Source of the DNA: Akkermansiaceae bacterium
GTDB taxonomy: Bacteria > Verrucomicrobiota > Verrucomicrobiia > Verrucomicrobiales > Akkermansiaceae
Direction of reading: 5' to 3'
Assembly: GCA_029287105.1 (NCBI GenBank)
Contig: JARFRT010000374.1
Location: 1-36,270 of the forward strand
Length of the DNA: 36,270 nt
Positions 17,528 to 26,757 of this stretch are shown here, in pieces. The notes under the pieces were generated by a model that did not search any database, was not told where the DNA came from, and saw nothing but the letters and a program-made list of their open reading frames with translations. The position numbers and the translations under genes were made by a program. The stretch's first letter is position 1. Each line of letters starts with the position of its first letter.

Positions 17528-19072
17528 TTAATGCCTGAAGTGCCGGTGACCGGTAAAGATCATCGCGATGCCTGCCTCATCGGCGGCGGCGATGACTTCC
17601 TCGTCACGGATGGATCCTCCGGGCTGGATGCACGCGGTGGCACCGGCTTCGACGGCGGCCTGCAGGCCATCGGCGAAGGGCAGCATGGCGTCGGATGCCA
17701 TGATGCTACCTTTGAGCGAGAGCCCTGCTTCGTTGGCTTTCCAGACGGCGATGCGGGAAGAATCCACCCGGCTCATTTGGCCGGCACCGATACCGAGGGT
17801 TCGGTCGATGCCTGAGTAGACAATGGCGTTGGATTTGACGTGTTTTACCACGCGCCACCCGAAACGCATTGCGCGCATTTCGTCTTCGGTAGGCGGGCGT
17901 TTGGTGACGACTTTTTCTTCGAGGTTATCGAGTCCCAGGGTGGTATGATCGCGGGCCATGACCATCAGACCGCCGGGTGCGGAGCGGATCACGGGGTCTT
18001 TTCTGACGGCTTCCCATGCCTCGGGATTAAGTTTGATCAGGCGCAGGTTTTTCTTTTTCTGTAAAATGGCGCGGGCCTCCGGTTCGAAGTCGGGGGCGAT
18101 GATGACATCGGTGAAGATGGAGGAAATGATGCGGGCCAGGGCCTCGGTAAGTGGGCGGTTAACGACGATGACCCCACCGAAGGGCGCCTGGGTGTCGGTC
18201 TCGTAAGCCAGCTGCCAGGCTTTGCGAAGGTCTTCATCGTCCTGCCCGAGACCACAGGGGTTGGTGTGTTTAAGGATGCCGACGGTCGGGCGCACGAAGT
18301 CGGTGATGAGGTCGGAAGCGGCTTCGATATCGAGGATATTGGTGTAACTCAATTCCTTACCTTGCAGTTGGGTGAAAACGTCACTGAAGTTTCCATAGAG
18401 AGTGGTCGGCTGATGCGGGTTGTCACCGTAGCGCAGTTCGCGATCGAGTGGCAGGCTGATGGTAAACTGGGAGCGGGTGCCCTCGCCGGCCTGGGAAAGG
18501 TAGTTGGTGATGGCGGCATCATAAGTGGAGGTGCGGAGAAACACTCTGACGGCAAGCTCTTCCCGGAATTTGAAGGACGTATCGCCTTGGTGCTCGGTCA
18601 TTTCGGCAAGGACGCGGTCATAATCCGAGGGATCGGTGACTACGGTGACGCTTTTGAAGTTTTTGGCGGCACTCCGCAGCATCGACGGCCCGCCGATATC
18701 GATATTTTCGATGGCCTCCTCAAGGGTGACGCCGTCCTTGGCGATGGTTTCCTCGAAGGGATAGAGGTTGACCACCACGAGATCAATGGGGGGAATACCG
18801 TTGTCCTTGGCCTGTTTCAGATGATCTTCGTCATCGCGTTTATAAAGAAGGCCACCATGGACCATGGGGTGCAGTGTTTTCACCCGTCCCTCGAAGAGCT
18901 CGGGGGCATTGGTGAAGTCGGATACATCGATTACGGGCAGGCCCGCCTCGCGGAGAGCCTTGGCAGTACCGCCGGTGGAGAGGAGTTCGACGCCGTGTTT
19001 GTTGAGACCTTTGGCAAAGTCGATCAAACCGGATTTATCGGAAACAGAGAGGAGTGCGCGTTGGATAGCCAT
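17528..19072 (-). CDS. purH: Bifunctional AICAR transformylase / IMP cyclohydrolase
   Basis: [66 protein letters not shown]. Confidence 0.97.
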   Translation of the reverse strand: MAIQRALLSVSDKSGLIDFAKGLNKHGVELLSTGGTAKALREAGLPVIDVSDFTNAPELFEGRVKTLHPMVHGGLLYKRDDEDHLKQAKDNGIPPIDLVVVNLYPFEETIAKDGVTLEEAIENIDIGGPSMLRSAAKNFKSVTVVTDPSDYDRVLAEMTEHQGDTSFKFREELAVRVFLRTSTYDAAITNYLSQAGEGTRSQFTISLPLDRELRYGDNPHQPTTLYGNFSDVFTQLQGKELSYTNILDIEAASDLITDFVRPTVGILKHTNPCGLGQDDEDLRKAWQLAYETDTQAPFGGVIVVNRPLTEALARIISSIFTDVIIAPDFEPEARAILQKKKNLRLIKLNPEAWEAVRKDPVIRSAPGGLMVMARDHTTLGLDNLEEKVVTKRPPTEDEMRAMRFGWRVVKHVKSNAIVYSGIDRTLGIGAGQMSRVDSSRIAVWKANEAGLSLKGSIMASDAMLPFADGLQAAVEAGATACIQPGGSIRDEEVIAAADEAGIAMIFTGHRHFRH

Positions 19073-19126
19073 AATGTGATATCCGTCTGGTGCTGTGGAC
19101 GGACGCCCATCAACTACCCCCAGCCG

Positions 19127-20092
19127 CTAGTGGGAGCAAGCCGAATGTGTGACGATCTTATCGCCGGTCTCGTTGTCGGGGTGCTCTGGTTCGTCTTTGA
19201 ACCATTTCCACAGCAGTCCGTCCACGGGTCCCAGTAACCATGCCAAGAGCAGCAGGACAGCGCCACAGACCACCACGGATGCGGCCATATTGGTATCGAA
19301 CCAGACATGGATATAGAGTCCCCCGACGGCGGAAAGCAGGCAGTGGAGGGCGGCGAGAGCCAGCATCGTTTTCAGTCGGTGGCTGCACAGGTAGGCTGCT
19401 GCGCCGGGCAGGATGAGCAAGGCAATGACGAGGATCGCCCCTACGGCCTGGAATGCGGCGACCACGATAAAGGACACGGCAAACATCATACCGTAGTGGA
19501 TCAGCGCGGGGCGGTAGCCGTATGAAGCCGCCAGTCCGGTGTCGAAGGAGCTCAGCAGCAGCACGCGGTAAAAAAGCGCCATGAGGACGATGGTCACCAG
19601 CGATACGCCGGTCATCACGATGATCGGCTGGGGTACCATTTGGCCGAGCAGCGGCAGGGTCTCGTCTTCCAGCAGAAGGCCCAGGCGGCCGTGCAGCACG
19701 CATTCGAGGTCGAGATCGACATTTTTCCCGAGCATCGTTTCGAGCAGAACGACGCCGAGGGCAAAGAGGGAGGTAAAGGAAATACCGATGGCGGCATCCT
19801 GTTTGACCCGGGTGCGTTTGTGGATGAGTTCGATGAGTACCGTTGAGATCAGCCCCGCCAGACCTGCGCCGACGATGAGCCAGGGGGAAGCGAGGTCGCC
19901 GGTAAAATAGAAGGCGACGACGACGCCTGGGAAAACGCTGTGACTGATGGCATCTCCGGTGAGGGCCATCCGTCTCAGGATCAGGAAAGAGCCGACCTGT
20001 GAGCAGGGTAAAGCCACAAGGAAGGCCATCAGTATCAGCCAGAATGCGCCGATGCCGAGAACATCCCAGGGTAGTGTCAGGTAGTCCATCAT
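19127..20092 (-). CDS. Mn/Fe/Zn ABC transporter permease (TroD/MntD/YtgD-like)
   Basis: ABC-3 signature LRRMALTGDAISHSVFPG, DAAIG, SFD, VGAILVIALL. Overlaps the upstream permease stop by 4 nt. Confidence 0.9.
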   Translation of the reverse strand: MMDYLTLPWDVLGIGAFWLILMAFLVALPCSQVGSFLILRRMALTGDAISHSVFPGVVVAFYFTGDLASPWLIVGAGLAGLISTVLIELIHKRTRVKQDAAIGISFTSLFALGVVLLETMLGKNVDLDLECVLHGRLGLLLEDETLPLLGQMVPQPIIVMTGVSLVTIVLMALFYRVLLLSSFDTGLAASYGYRPALIHYGMMFAVSFIVVAAFQAVGAILVIALLILPGAAAYLCSHRLKTMLALAALHCLLSAVGGLYIHVWFDTNMAASVVVCGAVLLLLAWLLGPVDGLLWKWFKDEPEHPDNETGDKIVTHSACSH

Positions 20093-21417
20093 GGTGTTGA
20101 AAACGGTTCAAGGCCCTGCATGGCGAGCTGCGGTTGTGGAATGGGTTTCCCGTGCGGGTCGAGTTCGGGGAAGTCGAGTTCCTGTTCCAGCTGCCTCACC
20201 ATATTGGGCCCGAGGATATGTTCGATTTTTTCCGCATCATCATGCACGTGATCCTCTGCATAATCCGCCTCATTGGTCAGGTAGAGCTCCCACAAGCGGT
20301 GATTCCGCACCAATTCCATGGCGCGTTTCCAGCCGGGGCTGGTGAGGTGCAGTGAAATCCCGTCCTCTGAAAATTCGACTAATCCGTGTTTCAAGAGTGA
20401 GGCACAGCGCTTGCGGACGGCCTCCTCGGTTTGTCTTCTTTTTTGGGCCAGCATGATCACGCTGACATCTTCATAAGCAAAGCCCTCGGCCTCCTGGATT
20501 TGGTAGATTGCCTTCAGGGTATTTTCCCGCATCACAATCCGCCGGCGTTTGCTGGTACGCAGGAGTTTAGCCAGCACCCCGTGCCGGGGGGCGACAAAAT
20601 AAACGACTCCAAAGATGGCTGATGCCGCCAAAGTGATGACGGGTCCGGTAGGTATTTGACTTATCCCGGCGGAAATCACCCCGCCCACAATACCGGCAAA
20701 AATCCCAAAGCCCATCGAGAGCAGCAGCATTTTTTCGAACCTGTCCGTGAGCAGATACGCGGCGGCGGCGGGTGTGATCAATATCGCGGAGACCAAAACC
20801 ACGCCGACCGCTTGGAGTGCCACCACGACGGAAAAGGTAAGCATGAAATAAAACACGCCGTTCAGTATTTTCACGGGATAGCCAAGTCCCCGGGCAAACC
20901 CTTCATCAAAACTAACAACCAGCAGGGGTCGTTTAAGGAAGAAGACCATCACGCACAACAAGCTGGTGGTCATCATCATCATCCGCAGGTCGCTGGAGTC
21001 GATCGATCCTACATTGCCGAAGAGAAAGTTCATCACACCTACGGTTTCCTGTTGATTGCGCGATTGCCAAACGATGCCGAGGGCGAAAAACGAGGCCAGG
21101 ATAATGCCGAGGGCGGCATCGGACTTCAGCCGTGTTGTTGCCATCAGCGCCCTGACCAGTCCGGCCCCGACGAGTCCTGCGGCGGCGGCGCAGAGGAAGA
21201 TGAAAATAGGACTGCGATCCGGGCTGTAGATCAATCCCGCCACTACCCCGGGCAGCACGGCATGTGAAATGGCGTCGCCCATCAGGGCCACACGGCGCAG
21301 CACGACAAAGCAACCTAACAAACCGCAGCCGGCGCCCAGCAAGATCGCCGCAAGTATGGCCTTGCCCGCCCCGGACGAGGGGATCAGAACGTCGAGCATG
21401 GAAGCGAGTTCAATCAT
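20089..21417 (-). CDS. Mn/Fe/Zn ABC permease fused to a C-terminal DtxR/MntR-family metal-dependent repressor (YtgCR-like)
   Basis: N-terminal ABC-3 permease (LRRVALMGDAISHAVLPG, FLFG). C-terminal ENTLKAIY winged helix, RNHRLWELYL, HDDAEKIEH, DPHGKPIP. Confidence 0.92.
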   Translation of the reverse strand: MIELASMLDVLIPSSGAGKAILAAILLGAGCGLLGCFVVLRRVALMGDAISHAVLPGVVAGLIYSPDRSPIFIFLCAAAAGLVGAGLVRALMATTRLKSDAALGIILASFFALGIVWQSRNQQETVGVMNFLFGNVGSIDSSDLRMMMMTTSLLCVMVFFLKRPLLVVSFDEGFARGLGYPVKILNGVFYFMLTFSVVVALQAVGVVLVSAILITPAAAAYLLTDRFEKMLLLSMGFGIFAGIVGGVISAGISQIPTGPVITLAASAIFGVVYFVAPRHGVLAKLLRTSKRRRIVMRENTLKAIYQIQEAEGFAYEDVSVIMLAQKRRQTEEAVRKRCASLLKHGLVEFSEDGISLHLTSPGWKRAMELVRNHRLWELYLTNEADYAEDHVHDDAEKIEHILGPNMVRQLEQELDFPELDPHGKPIPQPQLAMQGLEPFSTP

Positions 21418-21457
21418 ATTTTGTTCGAATTACAGAATCAGGCAATGACGGCACCCT

Positions 21458-22213
21458 CTACAATTTCGCAGCCCGGTCGGCGACCTCACTGAGCAGGGTC
21501 AATCGGCCTCCATAGGTTTTCTGGAGAAGTTCCGGGGTAAACACATCCTTTACTTTGCCAAAGGCCACCAGACGCATGTTGAGCAACAGGAGTCGGTCGA
21601 AGTACTCACTTGCGGACTGCAGGTCATGGTGCACGACCAGTACGGTTTTTCCGCGTTCGCGCATTTCCTTGAGCAAGGCAATGATGGCAGCCTCTGTGGC
21701 CGCATCAACGCCGGCGAAGGGTTCATCCATGAGGTAGAGATCGCTGTCCTGGGCCAATGCGCGGGCGAGGAACACACGCTGCTGCTGGCCGCCGCTGAGG
21801 TTACCGATCTGCCGGTTTGAATAGGGCAGCATACCGACCTTTTCCAAGGCCTCGCTGGCACGTCGTTTCTCCTCCTTACCGGGTCGGCGGAACAAGCCTA
21901 ACCGGCCGTATGTCCCCATCAGGGCGACATCCATCACGGTGACGGGAAAGTCCCAATCGACGCTCTCGCGCTGGGGCACATAGCCGACCCGATGGAGGTT
22001 TTCCTTGAGCGACTTCCCAAAAACCTTCACCCAACCACCGGACGAGGGCACCACGCCCATGATTGATTTGATCAGGGTGGATTTGCCGGCACCGTTCGGG
22101 CCGATGATCCCGACCAGGCTTCCCTCAGGCACGGTGACATCGACACCGTAGAGGACCGGACGCTTGTGGTAAGTCACCGTTAAATCATGCGTCTCGAGAG
22201 CGGGAGTGGCCAT
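21458..22213 (-). CDS. Mn/Fe/Zn ABC transporter ATP-binding protein (TroB/MntB-like)
   Basis: GPNGAGKS, YVPQRESVDWDFPVTV, LSGGQQQR, DEPFAGVD, VHHDL. Confidence 0.94.
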   Translation of the reverse strand: MATPALETHDLTVTYHKRPVLYGVDVTVPEGSLVGIIGPNGAGKSTLIKSIMGVVPSSGGWVKVFGKSLKENLHRVGYVPQRESVDWDFPVTVMDVALMGTYGRLGLFRRPGKEEKRRASEALEKVGMLPYSNRQIGNLSGGQQQRVFLARALAQDSDLYLMDEPFAGVDAATEAAIIALLKEMRERGKTVLVVHHDLQSASEYFDRLLLLNMRLVAFGKVKDVFTPELLQKTYGGRLTLLSEVADRAAKL

Positions 22214-22227
22214 GGCTGGTATTGATG

Positions 22228-23049
22228 TTAGAATTTCACAGTGAAGCCGGTAAAGGTATTGAGGTCCTCGGCAGCGTTGTTAAGACCTATAACCACACCG
22301 GCGTCCCATTGGAAAGTTTTTGTGAATGCCCAGGTCACACCGCCGCTGGCGTAGGCCTCGTACGGGTGGCCGCCGGCTACGCCGAGGTACTCGATATAGA
22401 GCCCCAACTGGTCGGTGACATCGAACCCTAAAACCGCTGTGTGTGAGAAGTCGAGTTCGTATCCGCCTGCATCCCAGAGGTAGCCAAACTCCGCCTGCAG
22501 GCCGAGCCCGACACCATCGCACAGCTCCATCGCCCAGGGAAAAATGACGCCGCCCTCCCAGCGGTCGTTGCTTACGGCCGTCCCGCTCGGTATTTTCACG
22601 TAAGGAAAAATGGCAAATGCCGTCCTGCCCTCGTCATTGCCCCAGAGGTTCCACTTCAGGCGCAGGGTAAGGTCCCCGAACCCTTCGGATTGCTGGCGAA
22701 GGCCACCTGTGCGGGTGACCTCGCGCACGTAGGGAGCCAGTAAAAGCTGGAGGTCCATGGTGTCGTTCAAACCATACTTGATATTGGTTTCGCCCCACGA
22801 CCAGGCGTCGAATTTTTCACCCCCACTGTGATCGCGGGCATAGCCGAGCAGGCTGGATTCCACCTGGAAATACCCCGCGTCCACGGTGCGCGGGCTTTCG
22901 GTGGCATCGGGCCGGTCGGCTTCGAGATCGCGTATCACCGACCTCTGGGGTTTACCAACGGGCATTTCCCCTGCGGAAAGGCAAAGAGGGGTCATCATGG
23001 CAAGGGCTGTTGCTAGTGCCATGTGTTTCATTTTAGCGGTGTATTTCAT
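22228..23049 (-). CDS. Putative outer-membrane beta-barrel channel (MetA-pathway-of-phenol-degradation / 'transporter' family-like)
   Basis: Signal peptide, DRPDATESP..V..G..Q.E N-terminal motif, GFGDLTLRLKWNL, alternating amphipathic strands, C-terminal Phe. Confidence 0.75.
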   Translation of the reverse strand: MKYTAKMKHMALATALAMMTPLCLSAGEMPVGKPQRSVIRDLEADRPDATESPRTVDAGYFQVESSLLGYARDHSGGEKFDAWSWGETNIKYGLNDTMDLQLLLAPYVREVTRTGGLRQQSEGFGDLTLRLKWNLWGNDEGRTAFAIFPYVKIPSGTAVSNDRWEGGVIFPWAMELCDGVGLGLQAEFGYLWDAGGYELDFSHTAVLGFDVTDQLGLYIEYLGVAGGHPYEAYASGGVTWAFTKTFQWDAGVVIGLNNAAEDLNTFTGFTVKF

Positions 23050-23084
23050 TGATTAGCAATGTGAGTTTTTTTCCTTGAACGACC

Positions 23085-24053
23085 TTACTTCAGGCCGTCG
23101 ACGATGGTGTTGACGTTATGTTTGATCATACCGATGTAGGTCCCCTTGTCGTATGTCTCGCCGTGGAGAGTCACGGTGTCGCCGGGCTCGCCCATGGCAT
23201 CGGAGAACAGTTCGTGGCCGCTGACCCGCACCCCCGCTTCCTCGGCGACGGCCTCGATGCCTTTTTTGTTCACGCTCGACTCGGGGAAAATCATCTTCAG
23301 TTTCCGGTCCTTGATGAACTGCACCAGATCGGCGCGGTCCTTCAGGCTGGACTCGGAATTGGTGGAAACTCCTTGCAGGCCGCGCACCTCGAAGCCGAAG
23401 GCCTTGCCAAAGTAGAAGAAGGCATCATGGCTGGTCACCAGCACCCGTTGGTCCTCGGGGATTTCCGCGATGCGGCCTTTTGCCCACTGATGGAGGGCTT
23501 CCAGCTCGGCGGTGTACTTGTTGCCACGCTTTTGATACGTCTCAGCCCCATCGGGATCCGCCTCGGACAGTGCCGTGACAACCACGGCAACACAGTGTGC
23601 CCACAGTGCGGGGTCGCCCCATGCGTGTGGATCGTGATACCCCTCGAACTGGGCCTGCGGCTTCAACTGCTTTTCCTTGGGAATTCCGTCGGTCAGCGCA
23701 TAAACCCCGCCTTTTTTGCGGTTCCTTTTTTCCAGGACATCCTGCATTTTGCCCTCGAGGTGGAAGCCGCTGTAGAAAACCAGATCGGCTTTTTGCAGTG
23801 CCGCCGTATCGCTGAAGGTCACCTGATAACTGTGCGGGTCGACTTGCGGCCCCATCATCCCCTTCACCGACACCCGCCCGTGCCCGATTTGGCTCACCAT
23901 ATCGGTCACCATCGTTGTCGTCGTAACGACTTGCAGCAGCGACTCATCAGCGGATCCGTTGATCACGCCATTCTTTTCATGCTTCAACATCCATGCGAGT
24001 CCCGCTGCGAGGGCACCCAGCACCAGTAAGACGATTACGATCTTCTTTGCCAT
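23085..24053 (-). CDS. Mn/Fe/Zn ABC transporter substrate-binding protein (TroA/ZnuA cluster A-I)
   Basis: VVTTTTMV, DPHSY, DPHAW, TSHDAFFYF, FPESSV, ELFSDAMG (H-H-H-D ligand set as in TroA); N-terminal membrane anchor. Confidence 0.93.
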   Translation of the reverse strand: MAKKIVIVLLVLGALAAGLAWMLKHEKNGVINGSADESLLQVVTTTTMVTDMVSQIGHGRVSVKGMMGPQVDPHSYQVTFSDTAALQKADLVFYSGFHLEGKMQDVLEKRNRKKGGVYALTDGIPKEKQLKPQAQFEGYHDPHAWGDPALWAHCVAVVVTALSEADPDGAETYQKRGNKYTAELEALHQWAKGRIAEIPEDQRVLVTSHDAFFYFGKAFGFEVRGLQGVSTNSESSLKDRADLVQFIKDRKLKMIFPESSVNKKGIEAVAEEAGVRVSGHELFSDAMGEPGDTVTLHGETYDKGTYIGMIKHNVNTIVDGLK

Positions 24054-24091
24054 GCCCGCTACCTAAACCCGGGCGGGGCAAGCGTCAACAC

Positions 24092-24130
24092 TAAAGATTA
24101 GCCTAGGCTAATTTTTATTCCCTAGGCTTA
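24092..24130. promoter_or_regulatory. Palindromic operator candidate for the fused DtxR-family repressor
   Basis: TAAAGATTAGCCTAGGCTAATTTTTA (24092-24117) has a perfect 16-bp core, ATTAGCCTAGGCTAAT. A second, partial CCTAGGCTTA is centred 19 bp away. A minus-strand TTGACG (24088-24083) is adjacent. Confidence 0.7.
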
Positions 24131-24340
24131 TTTCCTTCCCTGGATGTATGGGCGGGAAGGGTTTGGCGAGAAAATGCTGGGCAAAAACGAGCATTGTATT
24201 ATTACGATCCGCATCGCCGGGTGAAAAAACATCCGGGCTTTTGGAGCTTGATTGAAAGTAATCCTCATTAATCATAGTAAAGTATCCGATTGCAGGGGGA
24301 GCCCCCTGCCCGACTCCATTTCAAAACCGATTTACGCGTC

Positions 24341-25978
24341 ATGCCTGAAGCCACTATTGCCGAACCCGAAAAAGCGCCCTCCTCCGATTTGCAACGCCCA
24401 GCCCCTATGAAAAAAAAGCTCTTCCGCCCTGTGCTCGTGCTCGGATTAATCGCCATTGCCGGGGTGGCCATCATGCCATGGCTTGGCGAAGTGGGTATGG
24501 CCAGTGACAAGGCCACGACTGCCATCGGCCAATGGGTTGGCTTCCTCGGTGGATTCCACCCCATTTTGCTGCATCTTCCGATCGGCGCCCTGATGCTGGT
24601 CCTGTGCATGGAATTCTGTGGCCTGCTCAGCTTCGGGAAATACAAGCCGAGCACGACGCTCGGGCTCTGCTTTGCCTCGGCCACGGGTATTTTCGCCGTC
24701 GTCTTCGGCTACTGTCTCTACCTCACCGGCGACTACTCGGGTGAGTTGATCGAGGAGCACAAGCGCGACGGCGTGATTTTCACGATTTTGCTGATTGCCA
24801 CCTTTCTGATCAAGTATGCTGCCGACATACGTTTCATGGCCAAGCTGACCAGGCCGATTTATTGGGTCGGTCTCATTGCCACTACCGCCACCATGTTCAG
24901 TGCCGGGCACCACGGCGGCGAGGTCTCCCACGGAGACCCCTTCGCCAAGGCGCCATGGAAACAAAAAGCCGACGTGCAGGCCGATGCCGCGGAACTGGCC
25001 GATCCCGTTGTTTACGAGAACATCATTCACCCGATCCTCGAAGCCAAGTGCGCCAGTTGCCACGGTGAAAAAAAGCAGAAAAGCGGTTTGCGTGTCGACA
25101 GCTATGCGGCGCTGCTTGACGGCGGGGAAGAAACCGACGCCCTGGTCCCCGGCGACCTGAAAAAAAGTGCCATGACGGCCTACCTCATCCTGCCGCTCGA
25201 GGACGACCTGCGAATGCCCCCGGAGGGTAAAACGCAGCTGACCAAGGAGGAAATCCAGATCCTCGAATGGTGGGTCAAAATCGGCGCCCCTGAATCGGCG
25301 CTGCTGAGCGAGGTCGAAGTCACACCTGCCATCGCCTCGGCCCTCGACACGCTCAAGACACCCGAAGAAATCGCACGGGCGAAGGCGGCGAAACGTGAGG
25401 CCGCGCAAAAGAAGCTTGCCGCGATGAAGCAGAAACGTGCACGGTTGGCATCGTCCATCACCGACGTCAACAGCCGATTCCCCGGCTCGCTCAAGTATGT
25501 CTCCCAGGACAGCACCGAGCTCAGTTTTTCCGTGGTGAGCTATCGCAAGAACTTCCAGGACGACCACCTGAGTACGGTTAGGGATGCGGCCGGCGACATC
25601 GCGGATCTCGATCTCGGGTCATCCGCCATCACCGACAAAGGTGCCGCCATGCTCGGTCAGTTTGCCGGGGTCAAGGTGCTGAAGCTGAACCAGACCGCCA
25701 TCACGGATGCCTCCCTGCCTACCATTGCCAAGCTCGATCACCTTCGGATTCTCAACCTCTATGGCACGGCCGTGACCGATGCCGGAATCAAGGCGCTCTT
25801 TGGAAAAGCCAGTCTCAAAAAAGTCTATCTCTGGAACACCCAAGTGACCGAAGCCGGCGCCAAGGCCCTCGAGCAATCACTGGCTGAGGCGTACACCAAG
25901 GCTCAGGGGCAGGCCAAGGAGGCAGACCGGGACGAGACTCCGCCGCAGGTCATCCTCGGATCAACTCACCAGTCGTAG
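24341..25978 (+). CDS. Membrane protein with His-rich helical N-domain, planctomycete-type cytochrome c domain and C-terminal leucine-rich repeats
   Basis: HPILLHLPIG and GHHGGEV in the TM region, CASCH heme motif with KSGLRVDS and distal RMPP, LRR units (LKLNQTAITD, LNLYGTAVTD, VYLWNTQVT). Start is 24341 or 24407. Confidence 0.82.
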   Translation: MPEATIAEPEKAPSSDLQRPAPMKKKLFRPVLVLGLIAIAGVAIMPWLGEVGMASDKATTAIGQWVGFLGGFHPILLHLPIGALMLVLCMEFCGLLSFGKYKPSTTLGLCFASATGIFAVVFGYCLYLTGDYSGELIEEHKRDGVIFTILLIATFLIKYAADIRFMAKLTRPIYWVGLIATTATMFSAGHHGGEVSHGDPFAKAPWKQKADVQADAAELADPVVYENIIHPILEAKCASCHGEKKQKSGLRVDSYAALLDGGEETDALVPGDLKKSAMTAYLILPLEDDLRMPPEGKTQLTKEEIQILEWWVKIGAPESALLSEVEVTPAIASALDTLKTPEEIARAKAAKREAAQKKLAAMKQKRARLASSITDVNSRFPGSLKYVSQDSTELSFSVVSYRKNFQDDHLSTVRDAAGDIADLDLGSSAITDKGAAMLGQFAGVKVLKLNQTAITDASLPTIAKLDHLRILNLYGTAVTDAGIKALFGKASLKKVYLWNTQVTEAGAKALEQSLAEAYTKAQGQAKEADRDETPPQVILGSTHQS

Positions 25979-26056
25979 CCAATCCGGTCCGGGGCGAAGG
26001 CCCAAGGCAAATGTCCAAGGCAAATGTCCAGAGCGACAGTGCGCGGCCAGATCGGC

Positions 26057-26407
26057 CTATCTGCGCTGCTGTTCTTTGCGGCTCTGACAGTGGATACAGA
26101 GTGAGACGGAAGGCTTTGCCTTCAGCCGCTCGATATTGATCTCCTTGTGGCAGTCGTCGCATATGCCATAGGTGCCGGCATCAAGACGCTGCAATGCGTA
26201 TTCGATTTTTTCGAGGAGCTTACTCTCCGAGTAGCCTAACTGGTGTTCCACGACATTGTCGGCAATCTTGTCGGCCCGCTCGGTTTCATCGGCGATAACG
26301 CCGGCACCGACTCCCGTCATGACCCCGTGTCGATTGACATCCTTGAGAACGTGATTTCGCTGACCTACCAAAGATTTACGTAGTTCCTTTTTTTCGTTTG
26401 CAGTCAT
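26057..26407 (-). CDS. DksA/TraR family C4 zinc-finger protein
   Basis: Coiled coil, then ALQRLDAGTYGICDDC...IERLKAKP...LCIHCQ. Confidence 0.9.
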   Translation of the reverse strand: MTANEKKELRKSLVGQRNHVLKDVNRHGVMTGVGAGVIADETERADKIADNVVEHQLGYSESKLLEKIEYALQRLDAGTYGICDDCHKEINIERLKAKPSVSLCIHCQSRKEQQRR

Positions 26408-26564
26408 AATGTAGATTGGGTTACTTAATAGCGGAAAAATAACATGAATCCGGATAGTGTGCTACGCATCTTTGGCTGCTCTCTGTGCCTATATTGCTCT
26501 CCGATTTTTGTTGAATCCCTGCGTGATTTGGCCAAGTATCCGACCCGTCACACCAACATGTGAC

Positions 26565-26716
26565 ACCTTTCAGGACGCCCGTAGCACGGGCAGGAAATTG
26601 ATGGGGAATCCGGTGAAGTTCTTCTTTAAAACGAGACCATTCCGGAGCGGTTACGCCACTGTGAGCCTTGATCACGCCAAGTGAAAAAAGGAAGCCAGAA
26701 CGCCAGCCTGAGAGGT
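26565..26716 (+). promoter_or_regulatory. Cobalamin riboswitch
   Basis: Closing stem ACCTTTCAGG/CCTGAGAGGT, GGGAATCCGGTGAA...TTCCGGAGCGG, GCCACTGTGA and B12-box-like AAGCCAGAA; directly upstream of a TonB-dependent receptor and ABC genes. Confidence 0.88.
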
Positions 26717-26757
26717 TGAGAAAATTCCTGCGGATAACAGGAAACCACTCAGCAACC

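Noticed and set aside
26397-26424. dif-like CATAATGTAGATT
   Set aside because: Poor XerD arm; the CATAA is simply the reverse complement of the dksA-like start region. The same applies to the look-alike at the rpsD start (~33965).
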